From Escherichia coli (lineage in GTDB: Bacteria; Pseudomonadota; Gammaproteobacteria; Enterobacterales; Enterobacteriaceae), in assembly GCF_009931435.1 (NCBI RefSeq), contig NZ_CP043414.1: a DNA stretch of 64,000 bases; one strand, written 5' to 3'. Below, one piece after another: positions 13,497 through 23,963 of this stretch; within the stretch, counting starts at the first letter, position 1, and each line of letters starts with the position of its first letter. Made by a program: the position numbers and the translations under genes. Below the pieces are notes generated by a model that made no database searches, was not told the origin of the DNA, and was given only the letters and a program-made list of their open reading frames with translations.

Positions 13497-14258
13497 ATGC
13501 CCGATCAAACACAACAATTTTCGTTCAAGGTGCTCACCATCAACATTCACAAAGGCTTTACCGCGTTTAACCGACGCTTCATTTTGCCGGAACTTCGCGA
13601 CGCCGTGCGTACCGTCAGTGCCGATATTGTTTGCCTGCAAGAAGTGATGGGTGCGCACGAAGTTCATCCGCTGCATGTGGAAAACTGGCCCGATACCTCG
13701 CACTACGAGTTTCTCGCCGACACCATGTGGAGCGATTTCGCCTACGGTCGCAATGCCGTATACCCGGAAGGGCATCACGGCAACGCGGTTCTTTCACGTT
13801 ATCCCATTGAACATTATGAGAATCGCGATGTTTCGGTCGATGGTGCGGAAAAGCGCGGCGTGCTCTACTGCCGTATTGTGCCGCCGATGACCGGGAAAGC
13901 GATTCATGTGATGTGCGTACATCTGGGCCTGCGTGAGGCGCACCGTCAGGCGCAGCTTGCGATGCTCGCTGAATGGGTGAATGCGCTGCCGGACGGCGAA
14001 CCGGTATTAGTGGCAGGTGATTTCAACGACTGGCGGCAAAAAGCCAATCATCCCTTAAAAGTGCAGGCCGGGCTGGATGAGATATTTACCCGCGCCCACG
14101 GACGCCCGGCGCGTACGTTTCCGGTGCAATTTCCTCTACTACGACTGGACAGGATCTATGTCAAAAATGCCAGCGCCAGCGCGCCGACCGCGTTGCCACT
14201 ACGGACCTGGCGACACCTTTCTGATCATGCCCCTTTAAGTGCGGAGATTCATTTATGA
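13497..14258 (+). CDS. ybhP: Endonuclease/exonuclease/phosphatase-family protein YbhP
   Basis: 253-aa ORF; first gene of the ybhP-clsB-ybhN operon by synteny. Confidence 0.85.
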   Translation: MPDQTQQFSFKVLTINIHKGFTAFNRRFILPELRDAVRTVSADIVCLQEVMGAHEVHPLHVENWPDTSHYEFLADTMWSDFAYGRNAVYPEGHHGNAVLSRYPIEHYENRDVSVDGAEKRGVLYCRIVPPMTGKAIHVMCVHLGLREAHRQAQLAMLAEWVNALPDGEPVLVAGDFNDWRQKANHPLKVQAGLDEIFTRAHGRPARTFPVQFPLLRLDRIYVKNASASAPTALPLRTWRHLSDHAPLSAEIHL

Positions 14259-15496
14259 AATGTAGCTGGCGCGAAGGCAATAAAATCCAGTTGCTGGAAA
14301 ACGGCGAGCAATATTATCCCGCGGTGTTTAAAGCAATTGGCGAGGCGCAAGAACGCATCATTCTTGAAACGTTTATCTGGTTTGAGGATGACGTCGGCAA
14401 ACAGCTGCATGCGGCGCTACTGTCAGCAGCGCAACGCGGGGTAAAAGCGGAAGTCTTGCTGGATGGCTACGGTTCACCGGATCTCAGCGATGAGTTTGTC
14501 AATGAACTGACTGCGGCTGGCGTGGTATTTCGTTATTACGATCCCCGCCCTCGCCTGTTCGGTATGCGTACTAATGTATTCCGCCGGATGCATCGCAAAA
14601 TTGTGGTGGTCGATGCACGTATCGCCTTTATTGGTGGACTGAATTACTCTGCCGAGCATATGTCCAGCTACGGCCCGGAGGCTAAACAGGATTACGCGGT
14701 ACGTCTGGAAGGACCGATTGTCGAAGATATTCTGCAATTTGAACTGGAAAATTTGCCAGGACAGAGCGCAGCACGACGCTGGTGGCGACGTCATCATAAA
14801 GCAGAAGAGAACCGCCAGCCGGGAGAAGCGCAGGTATTATTGGTTTGGCGCGATAACGAAGAACATCGCGATGATATCGAACGTCACTATCTGAAAATGC
14901 TCACTCAGGCGCGCCGGGAAGTGATTATCGCCAACGCCTACTTCTTCCCCGGCTATCGATTTTTGCACGCCTTACGTAAAGCGGCACGGCGCGGGGTGCG
15001 GATCAAACTGATCATTCAGGGCGAACCGGATATGCCCATTGTCAGAGTCGGCGCGCGTTTACTGTACAACTATCTGGTTAAAGGCGGCGTTCAGGTATTT
15101 GAGTACCGCCGCCGCCCGCTCCACGGTAAAGTGGCATTGATGGACGATCACTGGGCGACGGTAGGGTCCAGTAATCTCGATCCGCTCAGTTTGTCGCTAA
15201 ATCTCGAAGCAAACGTCATCATTCACGATCGTAATTTTAACCAGACGCTACGCGATAATCTGAACGGCATCATCGCCGCCGACTGTCAACAAGTGGATGA
15301 ATCCATGCTGCCGAAACGCACCTGGTGGAACCTGACGAAAAGCGTGCTGGCGTTCCACTTTTTACGCCACTTCCCGGCGCTGGTTGGCTGGCTTCCGGCA
15401 CACACGCCACGTCTGGCGCAGGTTGACCCGCCCGCTCAGCCGACAATGGAAACGCAGGATCGGGTAGAAACTGAAAACACGGGGGTAAAACCCTGA
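14255..15496 (+). CDS. clsB: Cardiolipin synthase B (phospholipase D family)
   Basis: 413 aa; two HxK(x)4D-type PLD motif regions (HRKIVVVD..., HGKVALMDD...). Confidence 0.9.
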   Translation: MKCSWREGNKIQLLENGEQYYPAVFKAIGEAQERIILETFIWFEDDVGKQLHAALLSAAQRGVKAEVLLDGYGSPDLSDEFVNELTAAGVVFRYYDPRPRLFGMRTNVFRRMHRKIVVVDARIAFIGGLNYSAEHMSSYGPEAKQDYAVRLEGPIVEDILQFELENLPGQSAARRWWRRHHKAEENRQPGEAQVLLVWRDNEEHRDDIERHYLKMLTQARREVIIANAYFFPGYRFLHALRKAARRGVRIKLIIQGEPDMPIVRVGARLLYNYLVKGGVQVFEYRRRPLHGKVALMDDHWATVGSSNLDPLSLSLNLEANVIIHDRNFNQTLRDNLNGIIAADCQQVDESMLPKRTWWNLTKSVLAFHFLRHFPALVGWLPAHTPRLAQVDPPAQPTMETQDRVETENTGVKP

Positions 15497-16452
15497 TGAG
15501 TAAATCACACCCACGCTGGCGCTTAGCAAAGAAGATCCTCACCTGGCTATTTTTTATCGCAGTGATTGTGTTGCTGGTGATCTACGCCAAAAAGGTAGAC
15601 TGGGAAGAGGTCTGGAAGGTCATCCGCGATTACAATCGCGTTGCGTTGCTCAGTGCGATTGGGCTGGTGGTCGTCAGCTATCTGATATATGGCTGCTATG
15701 ATCTGCTCGCCCGCTTCTACTGCGGTCATAAACTGGCAAAGCGCCAGGTGATGCTGGTGTCGTTTATCTGCTACGCCTTCAACCTGACGCTCAGTACCTG
15801 GGTCGGCGGCATTGGTATGCGCTATCGTTTGTACTCCCGGCTAGGGTTACCGGGCAGCACTATTACGCGGATTTTCTCGCTCAGTATTACCACCAACTGG
15901 CTGGGCTATATTTTGCTGGCCGGGATTATCTTTACCGCAGGCGTGGTGGAGCTGCCGGATCACTGGTATGTCGATCAAACTACGCTGCGTATTCTCGGCA
16001 TTGGCTTACTGCTGATTATCGCGGTTTATTTGTGGTTTTGCGCTTTCGCGAAGCACCGCCATATGACCATCAAAGGGCAAAAGCTGGTGCTGCCTTCATG
16101 GAAATTCGCCCTCGCCCAGATGCTGATTTCCAGCGTTAACTGGATGGTAATGGGAGCGATTATCTGGCTGTTGCTGGGTCAAAACGTGAACTATTTCTTT
16201 GTACTGGGCGTGTTGCTGGTTAGTAGTATTGCTGGCGTCATCGTGCATATTCCGGCGGGAATTGGTGTACTGGAAGCGGTGTTTATCGCGCTACTGGCTG
16301 GGGAGCATACCTCCAAAGGCACAATTATCGCCGCCCTGCTCGCTTACCGTGTGCTGTATTACTTTATCCCGCTGCTGCTGGCGCTGATCTGTTACCTGTT
16401 GCTGGAAAGCCAGGCGAAGAAGCTACGAGCGAAAAATGAAGCGGCGATGTGA
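15496..16452 (+). CDS. ybhN: Inner membrane protein YbhN
   Basis: 318-aa polytopic membrane ORF, overlapping the clsB stop; synteny. Confidence 0.85.
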   Translation: MSKSHPRWRLAKKILTWLFFIAVIVLLVIYAKKVDWEEVWKVIRDYNRVALLSAIGLVVVSYLIYGCYDLLARFYCGHKLAKRQVMLVSFICYAFNLTLSTWVGGIGMRYRLYSRLGLPGSTITRIFSLSITTNWLGYILLAGIIFTAGVVELPDHWYVDQTTLRILGIGLLLIIAVYLWFCAFAKHRHMTIKGQKLVLPSWKFALAQMLISSVNWMVMGAIIWLLLGQNVNYFFVLGVLLVSSIAGVIVHIPAGIGVLEAVFIALLAGEHTSKGTIIAALLAYRVLYYFIPLLLALICYLLLESQAKKLRAKNEAAM

Positions 16453-16527
16453 AGAGCCTCTCATTTAATCATTTTTGTTCAACTTGCTCTTGTGAATCAG
16501 ATTGTTGACAAAGTGCGCGTTGTTTAT

Positions 16528-16626
16528 GCCGGATGCGGCGTAAACGCCTTATCCGACCTACAAAAGCCTGCAAATTCAATATATTGCATGGACCATGTAG
16601 GCCTGATAAGCATAGCGCATCAGGCA
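16528..16626. repeat. Pair of REP (palindromic unit) elements in inverted orientation (BIME-like)
   Basis: gccggatgcggcgtaaacgccttatccgacctac and gtaggcctgataagcatagcgcatcaggca, at the junction between backbone and AT-rich island 2. Confidence 0.7.
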
Positions 16627-16641
16627 ATTTTACCTTTGTCA

Positions 16642-17220
16642 TCAGTCTCGAATGGATTCACTTTTGCCTTGATGAGGAACTTTTTCCATTTCACTATAAA
16701 ATTTGATTTGGGCATCATTTAAAGGAAAAAAGCCATCGCGAAGCTCGTAGCATCTTAAGCCCCAGAAGGCATCATCTTTCATAGCCTCGCTATCACATTG
16801 GGTAAATATAGCATCCATTGCATCGGATAAAATTTCATCATCTGTTAACAATTGTTTTTTCATCAATTCTGATTGTTTAAAAACCGCATGCATAAAAATA
16901 TTATTGAATATAACAAAATCATTTATCCCAGAATTGCAATACATCATCGTAAAATTTGCGCATTCGTCTATATCATACAAGTAATAAACTTTCTTATTTT
17001 TTACGCTAACAATAAAATAACCATCTAAATCATGACCAAATACAATGTACTCATCGGAGTCGAATACATATAATTCATCACAATAAAACGTCACCTCTTG
17101 ATTTTCATAGGGAATAAGAAGCGGCAATTTTATTTTTATTCCCTTAATTAAATTGGATGAAGATGAGTTTATTTTTTTAAAAACCTTATCAGGCTGTAAA
17201 TTAATTAGTTTTGTTAACAC
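16642..17220 (-). CDS. Hypothetical 192-aa protein, island 2 (last gene of cassette)
   Basis: ORF in AT-rich DNA, co-directional with three upstream small ORFs; acidic, Asp/Tyr/Phe-rich; no motif I recognise. Confidence 0.55.
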   Translation of the reverse strand: MLTKLINLQPDKVFKKINSSSSNLIKGIKIKLPLLIPYENQEVTFYCDELYVFDSDEYIVFGHDLDGYFIVSVKNKKVYYLYDIDECANFTMMYCNSGINDFVIFNNIFMHAVFKQSELMKKQLLTDDEILSDAMDAIFTQCDSEAMKDDAFWGLRCYELRDGFFPLNDAQIKFYSEMEKVPHQGKSESIRD

Positions 17221-17282
17221 AAGTCATCCTTTTATCGTAATTGGCAACTCACAACATTTCATTAAACTACTTCACCATAATA

Positions 17283-17747
17283 TCATTTTATTTTCAACCC
17301 AGGAGAAAATAAATAATTTAGATACATTTCATTCGAATTGGACAAACCCGGATAAATATCGCAACCAGGCTTACTCAATAAAAAATCCTTATCCAAAATC
17401 TTAAAGTCATGACGAATTAATACATTAATTAAGTCTGCAATCTCTGCACCTATATTCATCGAGCTTGTTATAACGTCATCCTTGAATATTATAAAAGCAT
17501 ATTGCCCAACAAGAGATATATAGATAAAGGCAATGCCTTTTTGCAAAACAACTTCTAATGAAAGACAGACATCATAATTTAACTCAGTGTTATCTCTAAT
17601 ATCAAATCGTGAACTAAACGCAGAAATTATTTCTTTATATTTGGATGAATTGTATCCTTCCATCACAAATGCAAAATTGGGGTTCGCCATATCAAGATAA
17701 GATGTCTTAATTGCCTGATTACACTCATTTTTAATGTCCATAACCAT
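17283..17747 (-). CDS. Hypothetical 154-aa protein, island 2
   Basis: ORF in AT-rich DNA; 62-bp gap to the downstream ORF. Confidence 0.55.
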   Translation of the reverse strand: MVMDIKNECNQAIKTSYLDMANPNFAFVMEGYNSSKYKEIISAFSSRFDIRDNTELNYDVCLSLEVVLQKGIAFIYISLVGQYAFIIFKDDVITSSMNIGAEIADLINVLIRHDFKILDKDFLLSKPGCDIYPGLSNSNEMYLNYLFSPGLKIK

Positions 17748-17845
17748 CTACAACATTCATCCTTATAATAAGACTTTCAAGTCTATAAAAACCATATATC
17801 CTTGCACAAGCTTATTAGCTATTCATATTTGCATATCTCATAAAC

Positions 17846-18205
17846 CTATTTATCCGTAAATTTAAAAGAGACTTTATTTTCCCTTTCATCACTTAAGGGA
17901 TAATCATCTCTTTTTGTATAGATAAAATCGTTTGTTTGGAGAATTAGTTCTTGTATGACAGTCTCGAGCCTTTCAGGGAGGAGCGATTCGATATCCTCAA
18001 GCTCACAACCATGATAAATTATATCTATTAATTCTTTATCACAACCTTTCCTCCGTAGAGTACGGGCAAAAAAAGGACAGAAAACAAGCAATTCAGATTC
18101 ATCTATGGTTACTGCTCCCCTTTCCAGCGAGTGTAAAGCCCCTAAAAGCAGAATAGCCATAAATTTATCTACATATTTATTTTCTATTGTGCAAACTAAT
18201 GACAT
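17846..18205 (-). CDS. Hypothetical 119-aa acidic protein, island 2
   Basis: ORF in AT-rich DNA; 50-bp gap after the upstream membrane-protein ORF. Confidence 0.5.
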   Translation of the reverse strand: MSLVCTIENKYVDKFMAILLLGALHSLERGAVTIDESELLVFCPFFARTLRRKGCDKELIDIIYHGCELEDIESLLPERLETVIQELILQTNDFIYTKRDDYPLSDERENKVSFKFTDK

Positions 18206-18256
18206 AAAAACCTCCCTTGCTTAATATTATAAATATTTTTAAATATATGTGGCATT

Positions 18257-18604
18257 TCATTTCCTTTTTGCATCAATTTTCTTTAGAAATAACACCGCCA
18301 TATACGATAGCATGAATGATAAAATCATTAAAATAACTCTCAATGGATGCGAACCGCCCCACGAAAACAATAAATATAATGTTGCAATATAAGATAGTGT
18401 GTGCGTGTACTTATTTGCTATAAATGGCGTCAGGAATACCACGGGAAGGAGAACAAAAAGCATATAAAAGCGGATAAATCCCAAACCAACTCCGTGACTT
18501 GACGGCCTGAAATATGACGTATATATCTCGCGACCGAGGTCATGTGCCATCACCATAATCATAACACCTGTAATCGCAATAATTATCTTTATTACATTCA
18601 TCAT
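18257..18604 (-). CDS. Hypothetical 115-aa small polytopic membrane protein, first gene of island 2 cassette
   Basis: Three to four hydrophobic helical stretches with a basic C-terminal tail (KKIDAKRK). Confidence 0.55.
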   Translation of the reverse strand: MMNVIKIIIAITGVMIMVMAHDLGREIYTSYFRPSSHGVGLGFIRFYMLFVLLPVVFLTPFIANKYTHTLSYIATLYLLFSWGGSHPLRVILMILSFMLSYMAVLFLKKIDAKRK

Positions 18605-18890
18605 TTGATTTCTTCAATATGCGTCCATTACCTGCACCGTGAATGCCTGGGCCAGACAAGCACAAGAGCGTTCATGGCAGGAAACCGAAACAAGCGAATA
18701 AAATCGCAATAGTGTTTTACCCCGCCAGCTACCAGCCACCCAATGAGGGGCCGGTTTTTTCCGGGCAAGTAAGTGACAGCGTATTGACGGTTCAAATGAG
18801 TTATCTATCCCTGAATTGACGCATACGGATAGTGTGACATTTGCAGCGACTGAGTTCTCATGTAAATGAGCGGAATAGTCTTTATAAAAT

Positions 18891-18920
18891 CCGAAAAAAA
18901 TCCCGACACATGGCCGGGAT
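18891..18920 (-). terminator. Rho-independent terminator downstream of ybhL
   Basis: Minus-strand hairpin atcccg-(9 nt)-cgggat followed by a U-run (plus-strand ccgaaaaaaa precedes the stem). Confidence 0.6.
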
Positions 18921-18938
18921 ATTGATGGTGAAAAAGAA

Positions 18939-19643
18939 TTAACGGCGGTTGCCGAAGATCCTCAACAACATCAGGAACAGGTTGATGAAGTCCAGATATA
19001 AGGTTAACGCGCCAAGAATGGAATATTTGCGCAGGTTTGACGTGTCGCGGGTATCAATCTGCTCACCCATATTTTTCAATTTCTGAGTGTCATATGCCGT
19101 CAATCCGACAAAGACAATCACGCCGATATAGGTAACTGCCCACATCAATGCTTCGCTTTTCAGCCAGAAGTTGACCAGCGATGCCAGCACAATGCCGATT
19201 AACGCCATAAACAGCATATTGCCAAAGCCGCTTAGATCACGTTTTGTGGTGTAACCGTACAGGCTCATTGCGCCGAACATCCCGGCAGTAACGACGAAAG
19301 TACTGGCAATCGAGGCGGCGGTATAGACAATGAAAATACTGGAAAGCGTCAGACCCGTCAGCGCCGAATAAAGCATAAAGAGCATGGTCGTTACACTTGC
19401 ACTAAGCTTTTGAATCATCGCTGATAACACAATAACCAGTGCTAATTGCGCGATGATCAGACCGATTAAAAAAACACGGTTAGTGAACAATAGCTCCATC
19501 ACGGCCGCAGAATTAGCCGCATACCAGGCAACAAATGCGGTCAGCAACAAGCCAACGGTCATCCAGCCATAGACTTGCGCCATATAAGTTTGCAAGCCAG
19601 CCCGGGGTTGTACGATTGAATCAGAACGTGGGAATCTGTCCAT
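18939..19643 (-). CDS. ybhL: BAX inhibitor-1 family inner membrane protein YbhL
   Basis: 234-aa polytopic membrane ORF adjacent to the moa operon; synteny. Confidence 0.85.
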   Translation of the reverse strand: MDRFPRSDSIVQPRAGLQTYMAQVYGWMTVGLLLTAFVAWYAANSAAVMELLFTNRVFLIGLIIAQLALVIVLSAMIQKLSASVTTMLFMLYSALTGLTLSSIFIVYTAASIASTFVVTAGMFGAMSLYGYTTKRDLSGFGNMLFMALIGIVLASLVNFWLKSEALMWAVTYIGVIVFVGLTAYDTQKLKNMGEQIDTRDTSNLRKYSILGALTLYLDFINLFLMLLRIFGNRR

Positions 19644-19778
19644 GACGATCTCCTGAAGATATAAGGAATATCTTAAGGATACTGCAAATGATGAGGCTGT
19701 GCATCGACGCAGCGTAAACGCATATACTGAGTGGTGAAATTGCCGGACGCAGCGTTACCTTATCCGGCTAATAAAAAA

Positions 19779-20231
19779 CTACCAGCGTTTTGCTGCCTGC
19801 TGATCGCTCTCCCGAGCTTCAACCCAGCGGTCGCCTTCCGGCGTGGCTTCGCGCTTCCAGAACGGTGCGCGGGTTTTGAGATAGTCCATAATAAACTGCC
19901 CGGCTTCAAACGCACTGCTACGATGCGCACTGGTGACGCCGACAAAAACGATTTCATCGCCCGGCCATAATTCCCCGATGCGGTGAATCACAGTGACGCG
20001 CCCCAGCGGCCAGCGGTTACGCGCTTCATCGACAATTTCTGCCAGTGCTTTTTCAGTCATCCCCGGATAGTGTTCGAGGGTTAATGCTTTGACGCTGTCG
20101 CCCAGGTTATGGTTGCGCACCTTACCGGTAAAGGTGACTACCGCACCGTCTTCGTCACGCTCAGCCAGCCACGGGTACTCTTCTCCTACACTGAACGGCT
20201 GCGGGCCGACAACAATTTTGGTTTCTGCCAT
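19779..20231 (-). CDS. moaE: Molybdopterin synthase catalytic subunit MoaE
   Basis: 150-aa product recognised as MoaE; last gene of moaABCDE. Confidence 0.95.
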   Translation of the reverse strand: MAETKIVVGPQPFSVGEEYPWLAERDEDGAVVTFTGKVRNHNLGDSVKALTLEHYPGMTEKALAEIVDEARNRWPLGRVTVIHRIGELWPGDEIVFVGVTSAHRSSAFEAGQFIMDYLKTRAPFWKREATPEGDRWVEARESDQQAAKRW

Positions 20232-20232
20232 T

Positions 20233-20478
20233 TTAGCCTCCAGTCACCGGCGGGAAGAAAGCCACTTCGTCGCCGTCAGTCAGCGGATGGTCAAAACTCA
20301 CCAGCGTCTGGTTGACGGCAGCCAGCAATTTGCCATCTTCCAGCGCCAGCGCCCAGCGATCGCTCTGCGCAGCCAGATGTTGGCGTAACGCTTCAACGGT
20401 TGGGAAATCCGCAGCCACTTCGCTTGCATCTGTTCCCACCAACTCGCGCACCTGGGCGAAAAAAAGAACTTTAATCAT
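20233..20478 (-). CDS. moaD: Molybdopterin synthase sulfur-carrier subunit MoaD
   Basis: 81 aa from the internal start [13 protein letters not shown]..., ending in the Gly-Gly C-terminus (..PVTGG). The track ORF is extended upstream. Confidence 0.9.
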
Positions 20479-20956
20479 CCGCTTCCACCTTAAAGTCACC
20501 TGACTTGCCGCCGCTCTTCGCCAGCAAACGTACCGGACCAATTACCATATCTTTTTGCACCGCTTTGCACATGTCATAAATGGTCAGCGCCGCCACAGAG
20601 GCCGCGGTTAACGCTTCCATTTCGACACCGGTTTTCCCGGTCAGGCGGCATAAGGTTTCTATACGCACCCGATTGTGCTCCGGCTCGGCCTGCAAATTGA
20701 CTTCAACTTTACTGAGCATCAGCGGATGACACAGCGGGATCAAATCCCATGTGCGTTTTGCTGCCTGAATACCGGCGATACGCGCAGTGGCAAATACGTC
20801 GCCTTTGTGGTGGCGACCATCAATAATCATCGCCAGCGTCTCGCTGCGCATGGTGACAAAGGCTTCGGCGCGCGCTTCACGCACGGTTTCCGCTTTGGCG
20901 GAGACATCCACCATGTGCGCTTCGCCAGCGGCGTTGATATGAGTCAGTTGCGACAT
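20471..20956 (-). CDS. moaC: Cyclic pyranopterin monophosphate synthase MoaC
   Basis: 161-aa ORF; operon position. Confidence 0.95.
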
Positions 20957-20958
20957 AC

Positions 20959-21471
20959 TTATTTCTTCAAATGTGGATGGAAATTACACGGACGCGTACG
21001 GGCATCCAGCTGCGGTGCGATGATATTTTCCCAGGCGGTACGGCACGCTTTGGTTGAACCGGGCATGGCGAAAATTAGCGTTTTGTTAGCCACACCCGCT
21101 ACCGCACGAGATTGCAACGTTGAGGTGCCAATCTCTTCGAACGACAACATCCGGAACACTTCACCAAAACCTTCAACTTCACGGTCGAACAACGGCAGCA
21201 GTGCTTCGGGAGCCTGATCACCTTCCGTCAGGCCAGTACCCCCCGTAATCAACACCACTTGTACATCGTCGCTGGCGATCCACGCAGATACCTGAGCGCG
21301 AATAGCGTAGCGGTTTTCTTTCACAATGGCTTTATCGACAACGTGATGGCCCGCTTCTTGCGCCGAATCGCGCAGATAGTGACCGGAGGTATCGTCTTCT
21401 TCACCGCGACGATTAGAAACCGTAAGAATAGCAATACGGGTCGGGATAAATTCAGTGCTTACCTGACTCAT
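20959..21471 (-). CDS. moaB: Molybdenum cofactor biosynthesis protein MoaB
   Basis: 170-aa ORF of the MoaB/MogA family; operon position. Confidence 0.95.
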
Positions 21472-21492
21472 CTGATCTCTCCTTTTGACGTT

Positions 21493-22482
21493 TTAGCCGC
21501 CAATGTACGATAAGTTTTGCGTAATACCGGTGTTGTTTTGATGCAGGAAATGGGTCTGTTTCTTCTCCCGCAGCGCCGCTGAAATACGCGCTTCCAGCGC
21601 CTGTTGCTGGGTATCGTCTTCCAGCAGATCGCGCAGGTTAACGCCGCCTTCACCGAACAGGCAGAGATGGAGTTTACCAATGGAGGAGACGCGCAGGCGG
21701 TTGCAAGTGGCGCAGAAGTCTTTTTCATACGGCATGATAAGGCCAATCTCTCCGGCGTAATCCGGATGACAAAAGACTTGCGCGGGACCGTCGCTGCGTT
21801 GACGTAATTGGTGGATCCAGCCGCGACGCAGTAACTCGTCACGCAGAACCTGACCAGAGATGTGATGCTTACGGAAGAGCTCGCTGCCCTCGCCCGTTTC
21901 CATCAGTTCGATGAAACGCAGCTGGATAGGGCGATGCTGGATCCAGTTCAGAAAGGTGTCGAGTTGGTGATGATTAACATCACGCATCAGCACGGTATTG
22001 ACTTTGACCTTCTCAAAACCGGCCTCAAATGCAGCATCGATCCCTGCCATGACCTGATTGAATTTATCCTGTCCGGTAATAGCATGAAACTGGCGAGCGT
22101 CGAGGCTATCGACACTCACGTTGATACCAGTAAGACCAGCATCACGCCAGTTCGCCACGTCGCGTTCCAGACGGTAACCATTGGTGGTGACCGCTATCTG
22201 GCGAATAGCGTCGTTTTCTCGCACAGCGGCGATGATATCGGTAAAGTCACGACGCAAAGACGGCTCTCCGCCCGTCAGACGGACTTTTTCGGTGCCCAGA
22301 CTGGCGAAGGCGCGCGTAACCCGGCGAATTTCATCGACGGTAAGAAAGCCTTTATTGGTGACGCCGCTCGGTTTGTAGCCATCCGGCAGGCAGTAGGTGC
22401 AACGGAAGTTACACACATCGGTAATCGACAGGCGCAAGTAGTAAAACTTACGCGCAAATGCATCAGTCAGTTGTGAAGCCAT
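21493..22482 (-). CDS. moaA: GTP 3',8-cyclase MoaA (radical SAM)
   Basis: 329 aa from [31 protein letters not shown] (CxxxCxxC radical-SAM cluster motif). The track ORF is extended upstream from a TTG. Confidence 0.95.
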
Positions 22483-22640
22483 GTACACCTTTCCAGATAC
22501 GGGAGGCGAAGTCATTTCTTCCTTCGCCCTGGTGGCAATCTTTGTAAGCATTGTCACGGCCAAAGCACCGTATCAGTTGACCCAGGTGCAGAGGCTAGAG
22601 TGTTTAGTGGTTAAGCCGATACTAGCGTGTAAACAGGATT
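22483..22640 (-). ncRNA. moaA 5-prime leader, expected site of the molybdenum cofactor (Moco) riboswitch
   Basis: Established knowledge that the E. coli moaA leader carries the Moco RNA motif; I have not verified the fold by eye, so coordinates are approximate. Confidence 0.4.
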
Positions 22641-22657
22641 TTTACCATCCACACTTT

Positions 22658-22681
22658 CGCTATGTAATCATATATATAGCG
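22658..22681. promoter_or_regulatory. ModE-type operator upstream of moaA
   Basis: Imperfect inverted repeat cgctatgtaatcatatatatagcg, resembling ModE half-sites (CGnTATATA). Confidence 0.55.
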
Positions 22682-22864
22682 TCATGATCGTGCTATTTCG
22701 CTACAGAATAAGGGAAAATAGCGGTTTTACTTTGATATACATCATCAGGGATGCATAGCGTACATCGTCCTTTAGAGGTAGAAGAAAATAGTTTGTATCC
22801 TCAATATTGGCAGGTTAATTGCTGTTTCCCCGCAATTTGCGCTACTGTAACGCGGAAAATCTGA

Positions 22865-23788
<924 letters not shown>

Positions 23789-23819
23789 GCGCCTGTGCCG
23801 GGGGCAGAAAAATACGACT

Positions 23820-23867
23820 GTGACTATGGCGTTTTAAATTATAGAAGGCCATAGTCACCTTTTTTTG
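23820..23867 (+). terminator. Strong rho-independent terminator after ybhK
   Basis: 11-bp stem gtgactatggc / gccatagtcac followed by cttttttt. Confidence 0.7.
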
Positions 23868-23963
23868 GCACAACCCCATTGTTAGCAGCTCATTTATCTT
23901 TCCACTTTCTGGAATTTAGTTTTGCTTCTTGATGTTTCTTGTGCCATGACTATTCTAATAATG

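Noticed and set aside
17153-17404. 83-aa plus-strand ORF in island 2
   Set aside because: It straddles the gap between two minus-strand cassette ORFs and overlaps both; more likely an artefact of AT-rich sequence. Not excluded absolutely.
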